NCBI GenBank assembly: GCA_951406725.2 | Contig: OX597826.1 | Span: 60,036,001 to 60,284,000 of the forward strand | Direction: 5' to 3' | Length of the DNA stretch: 248,000 nt | From: Octopus vulgaris | Lineage: Eukaryota | Shown: positions 137,500-153,100 of the stretch, piece by piece | Layout: each line of letters opens with the position of its first letter | Position numbering within the stretch: position 1 is the stretch's first letter | The notes under the pieces: model-generated | Databases searched by the model: none | What the model saw: only the letters and a program-made list of their open reading frames with translations | What the model was told of the DNA's origin: nothing | Translations under genes and position numbers: made by a program

Positions 137500-139272
137500 G
137501 GATGTGTATGTGTGTGTGTTCTCCAACGTTCACTAGTGAACGATTGAGGAAATTGGGTCGCTCCCTCACATCCCTATCCATATTATAATTCCCTAGTATA
137601 TGGGGGAAACGAAAAATGAACGTCCTAATCATAGACATCACAAACGTGGTGAAATCGTGCCTCGATGTTGTTTTCGATATGTGTTGTGCACTGATAGTCT
137701 CTTCCAAACTGAAATCAGATGGAATTTCTTATGGAAGTGCAATTCCTATAAATCACTAGAAATGAAACAAGTCTTGTACACCGAAGCTGGTGCGGGGCGA
137801 AAGGCCTTGGGTATGGTAAGGAAGTACTGAATCGCAGCTACCCTGATGTATGTATAACAGTGAGGGTACAAATTTATGTGCAAGCTGCGCAGAAAATAAC
137901 CCAGTTAAGATGTATTTATATGAATATTAGAATCATTAAGTAACAGAACTTTGACAAGTATCTCATTTCCCATTGGCATTACAGATAAAGGTATGTAAAT
138001 AATTGTAAAAAGAGGATACAATTATATACACGGCATACACAGACGTCTCTCTCTTTCTATCTCTCTCTCTCTGTATATATATATATATATATATATATAG
138101 ATGAGAAAGTTGGTTTGTGAAAGCACGTGGTTGAATATATAGAATATATAGAATATATAGAAAATAGTAAAAAGTGAAAAAACTACAGAAGGTCATTTCT
138201 TCTAAACTATGTCATTATAAGAAAGGAAAAAAAAAATTATAACATTCTTCAGACATATTGACTCAAATATATATTTTTTAACCTTTTAAAACAAGCCTTC
138301 TGTAGTTTTTTCACTTTTTACTATTTTCTATAAATATATATATATACACATATTTGCGTATGTATTGGGAGACGGGGATCCCTGTGTATGCATATATTTT
138401 CCAACTACCTGTCTTGTTTTTCACAATGTGTTGTTCTTATTCCCTCACAGTTCATCGCTTGTGTATGTTTCCGTTACCGTCCTTTACGGGCTTTGCTAAT
138501 GTTCGTACACTTGTCCCAGAAGGATTGGCTGTAGGTATTACTAGAACGAATAATACTATCGATAAACACGAGAAATCATGAAGAATTTTGGGTGATAATT
138601 GATGGTGCCTCATGTGAAAGGTTTCAGAGTATTCCTTTATTTGATCTTCTGTACATTGTTTCTTTTTTTACTATTACTGTATATATAAATATTTAAATAT
138701 ATTTCAAATTCTAACAACATGTGAATTGTTGACTAAGTTTTTCCCTACTTCTTCATTTTCTATTCGACTTTCCTCTCTCTCTCCTCTTTCTGAAGAAGAG
138801 CATTGCTCGAAAGGAAAAACCACCTTTCTTTCCTTCCCTGATCGTCTGCTAATATTTTACATGTACCACGTACTCATGTCGTTGTTTTTTTTGTGTTTGT
138901 TCTTGTTTTTTTTTTCTTGAGGGTGGGATTTACTATATGTGTGTGTGTCTGTGTGTGGATCATATTGCTTTACAATTTTTACAAATCTTTATATTTATTT
139001 CAGATACACTTTCATATAAGTACGGTAAGCCGAGTTCACAGCACTTTTTATTCTTTGTATGAATGAAGGGTCCCTGTTGGCAATGAAAATGAATGAATTG
139101 TCATCATCGTCAACATTGTTTCATTTTTGTTTTCGTGGTTCTTGTCGTTCTTTTTCGTCTTCTTCGTTTTCTTCTTTTCGTCTTCCTCCACGTCCTCCAC
139201 GCCCCCCTTCATTTTCTCATTATCATTATTCTTATTACTTCTACTACTACTCACATTTCAATTGTTGACAGA

Positions 139273-139341
<69 letters not shown>

Positions 139342-139360
139342 ATATATATATATATATGTA

Positions 139361-139406
<46 letters not shown>

Positions 139407-139899
139407 GTATGTGTGTGTACATATATAAATGTATATATGAATGCGTTAGAAGCAGAGTCTAACATAGTTATTGTTACTCATTTCTTCATTATAAACAAAT
139501 ATTTTGAAAGTTTATATGAAGTGGGAATGGTGTGGGAATGCGATATGAGTGGCTGATAGAGTATTTTCCGAAACCTTAGAACTAATCGAAAATTCTTCAG
139601 CAATTAAATTGGCTGGAACATATCGTTAGACCTTGTAGCGTTTAGTTCTATGTTCATGGAATTATTTGTGGTGATGTTCATGATGATAGTGGTGACGGTG
139701 GTGGAAGGTGTCGGTGGATCTTGGTGCGAGTTTCTATGCGCCATTCATAGCATTTATAAACAAATATGTGGTGCGTTAATATATGTATATATATATTTGC
139801 TATGTATATATATATATCTCTATATATATAGATATATATACTATGTATATAACTATATATATACATATATATGTATATATATTTATATATGTATATATG

Positions 139900-139939
<40 letters not shown>

Positions 139940-140024
139940 CTCACTCCAGATATATAACGGGATTCTATATATTTAATATACGCATAGCTAACTGCGCGCG
140001 CTAGGGGTTTGAGTATGTACAATC

Positions 140025-140065
<41 letters not shown>

Positions 140066-140186
140066 CATGTATGTATGCATGTATGCGCGTGTGTCTGTGT
140101 GTGTGTTTACATTTATCTATATCTATATCAATATATATATATTAATATATATATACATATATATATATATATTTATGAATATATAC

Positions 140187-140236
<50 letters not shown>

Positions 140237-140319
140237 GCATATCTACACCTATCCGTCTCTCTGTATATCTATTTAGCTATCTAGATATTAATCAATCTAT
140301 CTATATACGTATATGTTTG

Positions 140320-140364
<45 letters not shown>

Positions 140365-141534
140365 GCGTGTATAAACGTATGTATGTACGTATGTATGTAC
140401 ATATCTATTTATTTATATATCTATGTATTTACACAATTAGAGTGAAGTAGTCTCACAATGAATTCAATATGTCCAAACGAAAATGTCACAAGATTTATTT
140501 AATAATATCTTCTTGCTTCTAGTCAATCCAAAATGTTGCGTTGTTTCCCTTTTTGCGTTGTTGACATTTAAAAACCGATGTTGGCGTAGTTGTTGCTGTT
140601 TTTCTGGCTGATCTTTTTGTTATTTATCTTCTATATTTTTCTCATTTTTTTTTCTTACTTATGATTCTTCTGATTCTTCTTCTTCTCCAGCTTTACTTTT
140701 CGACATCGTCAGAACCATCATCATCATAGTAGTGATCTTCGTCATCGTCATCGTCTATGTCTTCGTATATCTCCTCCACCTCCTCCTCCTCCTTCTCATC
140801 CTCCTCCTTCTCATCCTCCTCCTTCTCATCCTCCTCCTTCTCATCCTCCTCCTTCTCTCCTCCTCATCATCATCATCATCATGACCATGTCGTAGTCGCC
140901 GTGGTCATTATTATCATTATCATCATCATCGTCGTCGTCGTCATCATAATCGTCTTCGTCGGCGCCATGTTCCACACTTTTTTCTTCTACTCGTTATAAT
141001 TATAATAACAATCATCATCATCATCGTCATCAACATCATCATCAATTATTATTGTTGTTGTTATGATTATAATCATCATCATCATCGTCGTCGTCTTCGT
141101 CGTTCTTCTCGTCGTCGTCATTGTTGATGTTATTGTTTGTAGTGGTTGAAGCAGCAGTATTTGTAGTAGCAACAGCAACAGAAGCTGCGGTGTTATTTGC
141201 AATCATCTTCCTTTACACCCACCATCTTTTCCCTTGTTGTTCCTTTTGAGGCTATTTTCCGGTTGCATTGTCTGCTTAAAAAAATTATATTTCCCTTTGT
141301 CATTTTATAAAAATGATTACATAATTTGTTTACGTTACAATGAGTAGGGTTTTTTTTTTAAATATAAAAAGAAAAACGGAATTTTATTGTCAAAGAAAGA
141401 AATAACAAAAACAAAAACAAGCCTACATCATTCAGCTTATCACTGAGATGCTGAGTTACCAAGTGATGAAGTAGCTAGATCTCCTAAAGGGAACAGCCAA
141501 TTATGTACTTGCGTTTACGTTTCTAGATACGTGC

Positions 141535-141568
<34 letters not shown>

Positions 141569-141776
141569 TTGTGTTTTAGAGAAAAACCTCTATTAAACAA
141601 TTCAATAACAAAAGAGGTTATTCATACCATATAGAAAACGTATACTATAAAAGCGTTATTAGAAAAATAAATGAAGTACAAGAAAAAAAATAGTAAATAG
141701 TAGTAAAAAGACTACGTGCGTTTCGTGGCTATATATTTCCAATAGATAATACTAATAAAATGAATTCGATGTGCGT

Positions 141777-141821
<45 letters not shown>

Positions 141822-143844
141822 AGAGGAAAACCTCTATTAAACGATTCAATAACGAAAGAGGTTATTCATACCATATAGAAAACGTATACTATAAAAGCCT
141901 TATTAGAAAAATCAATGAAGTACAAGAAAAAAAATAGTAAATAGTAGTAAAAAGACTACGAGCGTTTCGTGGCTATATTTTCAAATAGATAATAATAATA
142001 ATAAAATGAATTCGATTTAAAATTAAATCGATCTAGAATTAATTCTTTTTAAAAATATAGTTACTCATCAGTTCTAAAATAATAATAATAAAAGAATAAT
142101 AATAGCATAAATGTACTTATCTTATAGCCACGAAACACGCATAGTCTTTTTACTACTATTTACTAATAATTGTTTTTGTACTTTATTGATTTTTATAATA
142201 AGGTTTTGTATAGTATATGTTTTCTATATGGTGAGAATAACATATATCGTTACTGAATTGTTTAATAGAGATTTTTCTCTTAATCATAGGGCACATTATC
142301 GATGGTATATACATAGTGAATATTAGTGAATATTGTATTTATAAGCCAAACCTGGAGCAGTATACGTATAGGGAAATCTCCAAACAAGACGCCATGTGAT
142401 CAACAGCACCAAATGTCACAGACAGAGCGAGATAACTCGCTTCGTGTATTGAAATTGGTAGATATTTGATATTTCGCCGTTATAGTCGATTATAAATACG
142501 ATGTACTCGGATGCACTAGAAACTAAGTGAATCGCCAGCCTATAGCTTATATGCAAATAGAGTGATATATATTCATATGTGTGTGAATATATATATATAT
142601 GCTGAGACCCCTCTTCGGTCCTGACTGACTATGGGATTGCACCTAGAAAGTTACTCTTCCAAGCAAAAGCCCAGGCAATGATGTTTATGGAAGACCAGCA
142701 TACCAGCCTCCCGTCTCCACACCACCAGTTTTAACCAACTTGGCACATGTGACGTCGCAGCTAATTTCTACAGCTGAGTGAACTGGAGCAACGTGAAATA
142801 AAGTGTCTTGCTCAAGAACGCCACACGCAGCCCGGTCTGGGATTCGAACTCACAACCTCACGATCGTAAGTTCCACGCTCTAACCACTGAGCCATGCGCC
142901 TTCCCTATATATATATATTAACAATGCAAATGATATATTAACAATGCAAATGAATTTAATTTCCTAATTTTTTGTTTTGAGACTTGGAAATAGCAGCGAA
143001 ATGTTCCCGCGCATCACACTCTATACTCCAAAAGAAATTTAGACAGATAATAAAACACTACAATACAATTTATCTATCATCTCCTGCTACAGATGCATAA
143101 GTCTTCGCACAAATACGTAATACCTTTTCAAAAACTGACAACTGACACTTTTGAAATAAGATAATAACGCCTGTAATATTGTTTTTGAATTTTGGCACAT
143201 GGCCAGCACTTTCGGAGGAGGGGTTTAATTTAATTTCATCGACCCCTCCAGTACACAGCTGGTACTTATTTTATCGACTCCGAAAGGATTAATGTCAATG
143301 TCAATTCTCTCAGCTCACTGCCTCATGTCACAGATGTCAAGAATGAAAGGCAATGTCGACATCAGAGGTATTTTAACTCAGAACGTAAAGACGGATGAAA
143401 TGCAGCTAATTCTTTTTTTTTTTCCGGCGAGCTAACGACTCTGTCAGTTCACCGCCTGAAATGAAAGCGACCTGCAAGCCGCTATCGAGTATCGAACCCC
143501 GTAACGGTTGTAATTGTATCGGCCATACATGTCAGCTTCAGAAACACTTTTCTTATCTAACTTATCATTCTCTTACCGTGGTAAACCATTAATACACACA
143601 CTTTCTTTCTCCATTTGTCTCTCTTTCTCTATTTCTCTCTCTCTCTCTCTGTCATCCCTCCCTAATTCACCCACGCACCTTCTCCTTGTTTCTCTTTCTG
143701 TCTCTTATTCTAATATTGCAAGATATCTGTTTGCCTTTTTCTTTCTCTTTCACCTTCTACTACTATCTAATTTCTGTCTTCTTTAATCTAGGCAATTGCA
143801 TACCATCAGGCACCAACATAGATGATAGTTAAGTATCTTGCTCT

Positions 143845-144080
143845 GTAAGGCGGCGAGCTGGCAGAAACGTTAGCACGCCGGGCGAAATGCTTAGCGGTAT
143901 TTCGTATGCCGCTAGGTTCTGAGTTCAAATTCCGCCGAGTTCAACTTTGCCTTTCATCCTTTCGGGGTCGATAAATTAAGTAACAGTTACGCACTGGGGT
144001 CGATATAATCGACTTAATCCGTGTGTTTGTTCTTGTTTGTCCTCTCTGTGTTTAGCCCCTTGTGGGTAGTAAAGAAATGG
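143845..144080 (+). mobile_element. tRNA-derived SINE family A (representative full-length copy)
   Basis: Head TAAGGCGGCGAGCTGGCAGAAACGTTAGC...GAGTTCAAATTCCGCCGAG (A/B-box-like); tail ...AGCCCCTTGTGGGTAGTAAAGAAAT. Other copies about 5712-5922(-), 9880-10085(-), 10360-10776(-, tandem), 46260-46500(-), 80430-80660(-), 104512-104750(+), 117390-117790(-), 145155-145385(-), 173480-173715(+), 247770-248000(-). Probably one of the described octopus OK/OR SINEs (not verified). Confidence 0.9.
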
Positions 144081-147000
144081 GTTAAGTATCTTGCTCTATA
144101 ACCATGCGATTTTGGGTTCAATCGCGCTCGTACGAAACCTTGAGCAACAATATTCTACAACACCAAGACGACCTAGGCCCCCGGAGCAAATTTAATAGAT
144201 GAAAACCCTATAGAATACCGTCATCTACACGCACACACGCACACTCACTACCATAAAAATGTGTGTTTATGTGTGTTTGTGTGTGTGTTTGCGTTCGTGT
144301 GCGTTCGTGTGTGAGTGTGTGTGTTTGTATGTGTGTGTACGTGTGTGCCTGTAAGTGAGACCGTGTTTGCTCGCCCACAGCTTAACAACCGGTTTTGATT
144401 TGTTTGCGTTCTCGCAGTTTAGACGTTCGGCAAGAGAAAGCGAAAAACTTCAGCATTACTAAAGTACTAGGTTTGATTTGTCCACCCCACAAACATTGAA
144501 GGGTATATCCCAGAATAACCGCATCCATTGACGGAAAATAGTGAAAGATAAAATATAAATTGTTATGTTACTATTAAACAAACTTTGCAGCAATTCGTTA
144601 AATAATGACGTACTGACCATAAAATTAAACGATGTCCGTTGATATCACAGTTCCTGATAAGCTCAAATTGTCCCTAAATGTTACTACATATCATTATTGT
144701 TAAATCTAAGCTTGCTTGCTTAGGTTTGACAATTTTTACATTATTGTTTACATAAAATTTTGGGAAGATCTGCAATTTTAAAAATATATAAAGAGTATGA
144801 TTAAATACCGATTTTTCATACCTCGTATGAGTAATTATTAACAGATAACTAAATGTCAACATTTTAAAATTTAAGAAGCATTTATTAGCATACTTAGAAA
144901 TGCGTAAGTGATGCGAAGAATATAATGCTAACTAATATTAAATAGTTTTATTTTATTTCTGATGACAGAATTCAAAATATGTGTGGTGATGAAATATGGC
145001 CGTAATACTGTTTTAGTAAACGTAGTCGAAAATATTCCATGGTACATTCGAATATATCGATTTCACTATTTATTCTATTTTCCTTCCGAACGATGAATGT
145101 CAAAATGAACCCGGTTGAGATTTCAAATGAGAAGGCTGTTTAACCAATATTTATTTCTTTATTGCCCACAGGGGGCTAAACATAGACGGGACAAAGAAGG
145201 ACAGACAAACGGATTAAGTCGATTTTATCGACCCCAGTGCGTAACTGGTACTTAATTTATCGACCCCGAAAGGATGAAAGGCAAAGTCGACCTCGGCGGA
145301 ATTTGAACTCAGAACGTAACGACAAACGAAATACGGCTACGCATTTCGCCCGGGGTGCTAACGTTTCTGCCAGCTCGCCGCCGACCGGCGATGGATCTAA
145401 TCTGTCAGCCATTCGCTATTTCTAATGTTTTGCCCTGCGTTGAGCAATTACTGAAGTATTTCTGTACTCCGACATTATTGGTCAGATATAATTTCAAAAT
145501 AGCTCTTTTTAAATATGTACTGTTTTTACTTTTACTTGTTTCATTCTTTGCACTACGACCATGCGACCATGACATGTGAGTGGATTTAGTCTAACGAATA
145601 GATGTAAATAGTTATTTGTTTAAAAGTCTCGTATTTATTCAACTGGCCACCTTTGACGAACCGCTAATTTATGGGAACATAAACTAACACCGGTTGTCAA
145701 GCTGTGGTAGGAGATAACCAGAAACACAAATTTATATGTACACACACACGCACGCACGCACACATGTATATAAATACATGTATGTACGTATGCATATATG
145801 TGTGTGCGTATGCATGTATGTATGACTGTATGTACGAATTAGCAATGCCGAAGGCACTAAGACACAGCTAGAGAACTGGCTGAGGGCAGGTGATAAAAGC
145901 CAGCTGACTGGAATGTTGTAGGTTCGATGCTTCGAGTATGAAATCTTACTCAGATTATAATATTAGCCATGTTTACTTTGCAGCCTTGCCATGACTCGGG
146001 CAGTGGAGAGGCTTTGCAGTAATTTCATGCGAATGTACCCGAGTCCTCCCCCCGAATATCAGCTCCGTCAATCTGTACTGCAAAGCTTTCAAGCGTCACT
146101 TAACAATTTCATCAATTGGGAAGGAATTCAAAGCCACAAAAGCAAGAACACTAAACGCATTGCTTCTCTTTGAAGAGGAGAAAGTCACACACACCCAAAG
146201 GACCGTAAAATGTTGCAGACCATAGAAACCAAAGAAGTGGTGGAGGAAGCGGATATATATTGAGAAAACCAGGATGTTGCTGACGTAGTCTGTCAAGAAC
146301 TGGCTTTCAAATTCCAACGCGAAACTGTTGGAAAAACACAAAGACCAGAACCAAGAGAGAAATCAAAGTGCAGGGGACCTGTGATTCAACAGAAGATGAT
146401 CACCCTGTGAAGGCAGCAGGGCTTGCCTACCAGGGATAATGGATACAGTGGAACTTGAGTGACATCCGCACCGGAGGGAACCCTTGCTGACTGACCAAGG
146501 CAGATTGTCCTTCCTCCCTGCTATCGCTGGCCCCTTGCCAACTCCAAATAACTGTAAACAAGGCCCCTCTTCCAAACAGTGTGGAGCAGTTCATTGCAGT
146601 TTCAATCAAATTTTGACATGGTAATTTCTTTATATTTATTTACGTAGAATAGAAATAAAATGCGCGCAAATAAATTATTTGAAAGTTGCCATCCACATGT
146701 AAAATAAAAGTTAAGTTACTGCATGAAGCAATAAAAAAAGAACCTTATTAGATATAAACATATACTAATGAGAAATATAACAAAGGTTAACCACTTGCTT
146801 TCAGAAATAATGTATTTAGGATTTCATTATTTCGGTAGGATGTAATTGGTGTTAATTTGATTTCTCTCTCTATCTTGAGGTGTCATTGCATGAAGACTCG
146901 TTTCTTTTTCTTATTAGACTGAATTATATTGATTTAGGATAAAAGTCACCATTCTATATTTAACTGAATTTACAGCCTCAATATCGCTGCTACATCTATC

Positions 147001-147392
147001 GAAATGTAAAGGATGAAACATTGTTAAATATATGTTATGAAAGCTTCCTTACGCTAAATATTCGCGTCTATGTTAAGAGCAATGGGACACATTTTGTCTT
147101 TTATCTACAAGGCATAATCGATTCTATTGGCCTCAGTATATTATATCAACTCCATAGACAATAGAATGACTAGAATTCTGAATATAAAAAGATATAACTG
147201 AATGTTACGTTCACTTGTGTCCGACATTCTAAAGACTCAGCCAATTCATATTAGACAAAAATGTAATAAATTATAAAATAGGAATAAAATTAGCTCAAAT
147301 AACGATTGCTAATTTGATACAAGAGTTCAAATTATTGTGCTGGAATGGGGAAGTATAATCAACTGCATTGAAATGAGAATGTGCCTCATATG

Positions 147393-147441
<49 letters not shown>

Positions 147442-147506
147442 CAGATAATTTGCCTTGCTTATTTTTACATTTTGGGTTTTTATGATATATATCTTGAGAA
147501 TACATT

Positions 147507-147547
<41 letters not shown>

Positions 147548-147560
147548 TAGTCCTTAAATT

Positions 147561-147699
<139 letters not shown>

Positions 147700-148515
147700 C
147701 ACACACACATATAAAATATATATTGCATCAATCATAAAGTTATTTTGAATCAGGGTATAATTTAATCGAAGAATATGGGGCAGGCCCCATATGGGCGAAT
147801 AATACGAATTATGTGTTACTGCCATAGCAAAGAATGCACACTCATGATACAAATACTTACATCGGTTTGGACCCTGCCAAATATAACAAAGAAGGGTGTG
147901 ATGAGGCTAAAACTGACAACGGATATAATATACCAGGCTGGAAGCAAAGTCGAAGTAGACTGTATTTGAACAAATATCATAGAAGACTTTTAATTGAAAA
148001 TTGAATGTGATTTAGTCCAATGCTTTCTGGATATTTCGCCAAATAAGCATTTTATAATATTGATGATATCGTTTCAAATATTTGTCTTCCTTGACAGTTC
148101 TTTGAGTGCCAGTTCTGTGAAATAAATATTCCACATTCCAGTTGCCAAATTCTTGAGCACCAGAAGCAGCTGCAGAATCAACGAATCAGCTGCGTAGGCA
148201 ATAACGTTCTGTGCGATGAAATCATAGAACACTAAATACAGAATATAACCTTTGGCAAAAGATATCATAAACTTAATTTCATATTTCCCTCTTGTGTCTA
148301 AATTTTTCTAGGTAAACAGGCATGCGATATGAAAAATTGATATTAAATTAGTATGTAGTATTTTAAACATATACAAATTTTCTTATACAGAATGAAAGGA
148401 TGATGTGAACGTTGGAGTAAAAGAATAAAATATGTACGGGCTTATTTGATATTTTTTCTTAAATCATTTATCATAATGCATACACATCTATCTATCTATC
148501 TATCTATCCATCCGT

Positions 148516-148604
<89 letters not shown>

Positions 148605-148768
148605 CACAGACACATATGTATCAATACGTATTTTGTATATACATATACTCATATATAAACATATATGTATCAAAACATATACAGATATCGACACGATGCA
148701 GTGACACATTTAAATACATACATACAGGTTTACAACTAAATATACACCCAGAACCATATCTGTATCTA

Positions 148769-148848
<80 letters not shown>

Positions 148849-148909
148849 TACAAGTACACACATACATGCACGCACTCACACAGTCACACACTCATACACG
148901 CACACACAA

Positions 148910-148948
<39 letters not shown>

Positions 148949-149779
148949 AATAAATTTAGGATATCTGTACACTACGAAGTAGATTTCTCGAAGAAGTCTC
149001 CAAAACGTTTTGTGGCATAAACCTGGTGAAAAAAAAATGTTTTCAGTTATAATATATATATACATTCTTTTATTCTTTTATGCGTTCTAGCACTAACGCT
149101 GTGACCATGCTGGGGTACTGCTAGTGTTATCACCTTTTCAATGGCCGTTCGACGCAAAATGGCTTTTGATGAAAGAGCGAGTTCGACATGGTTGCTCTCT
149201 CTTGATTTTCTTGCCGTGATATAGCTTCATGTTGGATCTTGGACAGCAAGGTGTCAACTTGTTTCATGTGGTCATTTCTTATATAAAATAACAGAAAGGA
149301 GAAGAAAAATCTCTGAAACAGGCTGAAATGACTATCATAAAAGAAATTGTACAAAATTAGAAATCTCACATCTCAATTCTTTATTAGAAATTTTTTTCGT
149401 TTATGTCGGTAGATACGAAATTCTTGTTAGTTACAGGGACTAAAGTGATCTCAATAATACACATACGCATCCACATTCTCGGTATGCGTTGTGCACTTTC
149501 TTTTCGCTGTATATATATCTCAACAGTTTCCTTGTACAAATAAATATGCACGCAAAGATATGTTGAGTTAATCATCACTATAATGTTAATTGTTATGTAT
149601 TATTTCTGTTATTCACGGGTTTTGTTGGAGCTCCTGGAGTTTGCATATTTAGCGGGCTTAATACCTGCAATCTACGGTACCATACTAACCATTATGCTAA
149701 GAAGGTAAACATTTTATATATATACTTATATACGTCTTGATGCCTTCTGATGCTGTTCCCAAAGACCCAACAATGACTG

Positions 149780-150270
149780 GTATTATCTTCACCTTCTTCA
149801 ATCTCCATAGCCGGGCTATTTCGTACTTAAAAGGGTTGTATTTATCTTTTCGCCTTCTTTCTTGACTATTCGTGGGTCAATAAGGGGTGCAACATCAACT
149901 ATATAGCATATGTGACGTATCTTGTCGACCATCACTAGATCCGGTTGCTTATGCTCTAGCACCTGATCTGTTTGGACTGCGAATTCCCAGAGGATGTTGC
150001 TAGTCTCTGACTTCGTCACACACTGCGCTTTCTACTCATGCTACGCCTTGCCTCTCTCTAGTCCCCAGTTTCCCCACAGTTTCCAATGTAGCACCTTCCC
150101 TACCTGATCATGTCTCCACAACTTGTAGAGGTTTGGAGCAAGTCTAGAACATTCGTTCGTAATATGGTCAATGTTTTCATCCACTATATTTCACGTGTGG
150201 CACAACGGAGAAACTTGCTCTTTCTTAAGTTTGACCCTGCAATTCATGACCAAAGTTTGGCCTTGCGCTG
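149780..150270 (-). mobile_element. R4/Dong-type REL domain fragment (second subfamily)
   Basis: HDQVGKVLHWKL, then ILWEFAVQTDQVLEHKQPDLVMVDKIRHICYIVDVAPLIDPRIVKKEGEKI (PD..D REL motif). Confidence 0.82.
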
Positions 150271-150299
150271 CCAGTATAGTACTCCCGGTATCTTTATTT

Positions 150300-150362
150300 T
150301 AGTGTTCCTATTATTACTATTATTATTATTATTGTTATTATTATTATTATTGTTGTTATTAA

Positions 150363-150416
<54 letters not shown>

Positions 150417-150465
150417 GATTACGACTATTATTATTATTATTATTAGTAGTAGTCAGTATTAGAAC

Positions 150466-150538
<73 letters not shown>

Positions 150539-150899
150539 GCTTTCAGTAGTTTTATTTTTATACTTCACTACCGAGCGCAGCTCTGTGTGCCTTGGGTATG
150601 TGCTGTGATTTGTTGTGATGCTCTGATGGTTATTGTATGGAAAGTGTTCTGTGTGCAGTGCCTAGTAGTGCAATTTTCTGTATGTTATATGTGTTTGTAA
150701 GTCCTGGTGTTTTTGTTATGTATTTGTCTGAATATTTTTTTATCATGCCTAATGCACCTACTATGATAGGAATTGTTTCTGTTTTCAGATTCCACATTCT
150801 AGTTACCTCTATTTCCAGGTCTTTGTATTTTGAGAGTTTCTCCATTTCTTTTAGAGACACGTTGTCATCTGCCGGTATTGATACATCAATTAGAAAGCA

Positions 150900-150978
<79 letters not shown>

Positions 150979-151061
150979 TGTAGTAGTAGTAGTAGTAGTA
151001 GTAGTAGTATTACGACTATTATTATTATTATTAGTAGTAGTAATAGTCGTAGTATTAGAAC

Positions 151062-151104
<43 letters not shown>

Positions 151105-151216
151105 AATAATAATAACATCATTATTGTTATTATTATTATTACTACTATTATTATTATTATTATTATTATTAATAATAATAATAATAATAATAATATCATT
151201 ATTATTGTTATTGTTA

Positions 151217-151250
<34 letters not shown>

Positions 151251-151316
151251 CATTATTATTATTTTTATTATTATTATTATTACAATTATAATTATCATTA
151301 TAATTATTATTATTAA

Positions 151317-151398
<82 letters not shown>

Positions 151399-151400
151399 TC
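150300..151400. repeat. Compound (ATT)n/(AGT)n microsatellite field hosting a REL-element end
   Basis: Direct reading. Confidence 0.95.
150540..150905 (-). mobile_element. R4/Dong-type element 3' end (REL endonuclease C-terminus plus 3' UTR)
   Basis: KCFLIDVSIPADDNVSLKEMEKLSKYKDLEIEVTRMWNLKTETIPIIVGALGMIKK...IQKIALLGTAH; flanked on both sides by (AAT)n. Confidence 0.9.
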
Positions 151401-151857
151401 GCACGAGGACCAGACTAATACATGTGCGTGTGTCCTTATGGGTGTGTTTCTTTGTCATCGTCTGTGTATGTCTTTGTGTGCGTGCGTCAGAATTTGCGAT
151501 AAATTAGTGAGCAGGTGATCGTGTCATTTTTCAAATTTCTTAACATTAGTACTTTAATGTTTATTTATTTGCACGATTAAAATGTTTTCGTTATTCATGA
151601 ACGTTCACTCTCCCACGCATTTCTGCACTTTATAAATGATAGATTACGTACGACTACATGCAGCAGATCATTATTGGATATGGCATGAATATGTATGTGT
151701 ATATGAATGTATGTATTTATGCATGTGTATGTTAATATAAATATATTTATATATATATGTGTGTGTGTATCGTTATATCTAAATATACAGATATATATAT
151801 ACATATATATGTGTCTATCGTTATGTATATACATATATATACACACACACACAAACG

Positions 151858-151909
<52 letters not shown>

Positions 151910-152329
151910 TATATGTATATATATATATGCTAATTTATATACACACATTCATACCTTCATATATGTATATTTCTAACTATGTATGTATACATACGAACAC
152001 AAACTTTCAACTCCCGTTTAGAGTGTTCATTTTCCTTTCTATGGTCACAGTGTGCAGAATATTTTCTATTAATCTATACTCTATGTGTAGAGCAATCTTG
152101 AATACTCGTGGTTTCTCCCTGACATTTAATCTGGATATCTAATCGTTTCTAACTACTTCCTTTCTAAAACTGTCACTTTGTTATCTTCTCCGTTTTCTAT
152201 GGCTAGATCCGCAGAAAAACTCTTGCTTATGTAATTACGAGGGCAATAATACGATGATTTATCTATTCTGTGGAAAATGAGACTTTCGGTATGAGTACGC
152301 TCATTGACCTAATCACGTCCAAGTGCTTT

Positions 152330-152950
152330 TCATAGGTGTCATTGATCCTATTGCAGAGATTGAATAACATCCTGGGCATCGTGGGAATGTGTCCTTTTAG
152401 TATTTCTGTAGGGATTTCCTCAATTGCAGTAGATTTTTCTTTTGGAAATTTTGAATTGCGTCTTTTAATTCTGACTCAAATGCTGCTAGGAAGGTGGATC
152501 GTACTTCATGAGAGAAACCTCTTGGTTGTGATATTTCATTATCTTGAAATGAGTTTTTACCATATTCTTTTAATTTCCTGGCGATGCTTTGCAGAAGAGC
152601 AAACACTTTGCCAAATAAGACTTTGGTAGATGTCGCCCTCTTTTACTTGGAATATATTTGTTAAGATATTACTAATGTTGTACGTCTTTCATGTGTTATT
152701 TTGGTGTAAATGGTCTTGGACGTCAGTGTACATGCGCTCCAACTATTTGGCTTTGTTCCTTCAGCCCTCTCTTTGAACAGCTCATTTGATCTTTTTTTTA
152801 AATCTCTATCCCTGAGGTAGATCTTTCCGTTTTGATCTTTTTTCTTTGATTTATCAATTGAAGGGTGTCTTTAGATATCCAAAGTTAGTTCTGTCAAGAA
152901 ATACCTCTTCCATGAACGAAAGTTCATCACAAGAAAAGTTTGTTAAAAAT
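152330..152950 (-). mobile_element. Probable R4/Dong-type fragment upstream of RT
   Basis: Degraded minus-strand peptides resembling the pre-RT region of the same element family. Confidence 0.45.
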
Positions 152951-152998
152951 AAGGATTGTTTTATTGTAGTTTTTATTTTCCATAGACATTTCTTTGTC

Positions 152999-153100
<102 letters not shown>

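Noticed and set aside
143845-143940. tRNA-like sequences at SINE heads
   Set aside because: No complete cloverleaf; always fused to SINE bodies, so not called as tRNA genes.
145991-146600. GC-richer unique island with short ORFs
   Set aside because: Could not be assigned to a gene or transposon family from sequence alone.
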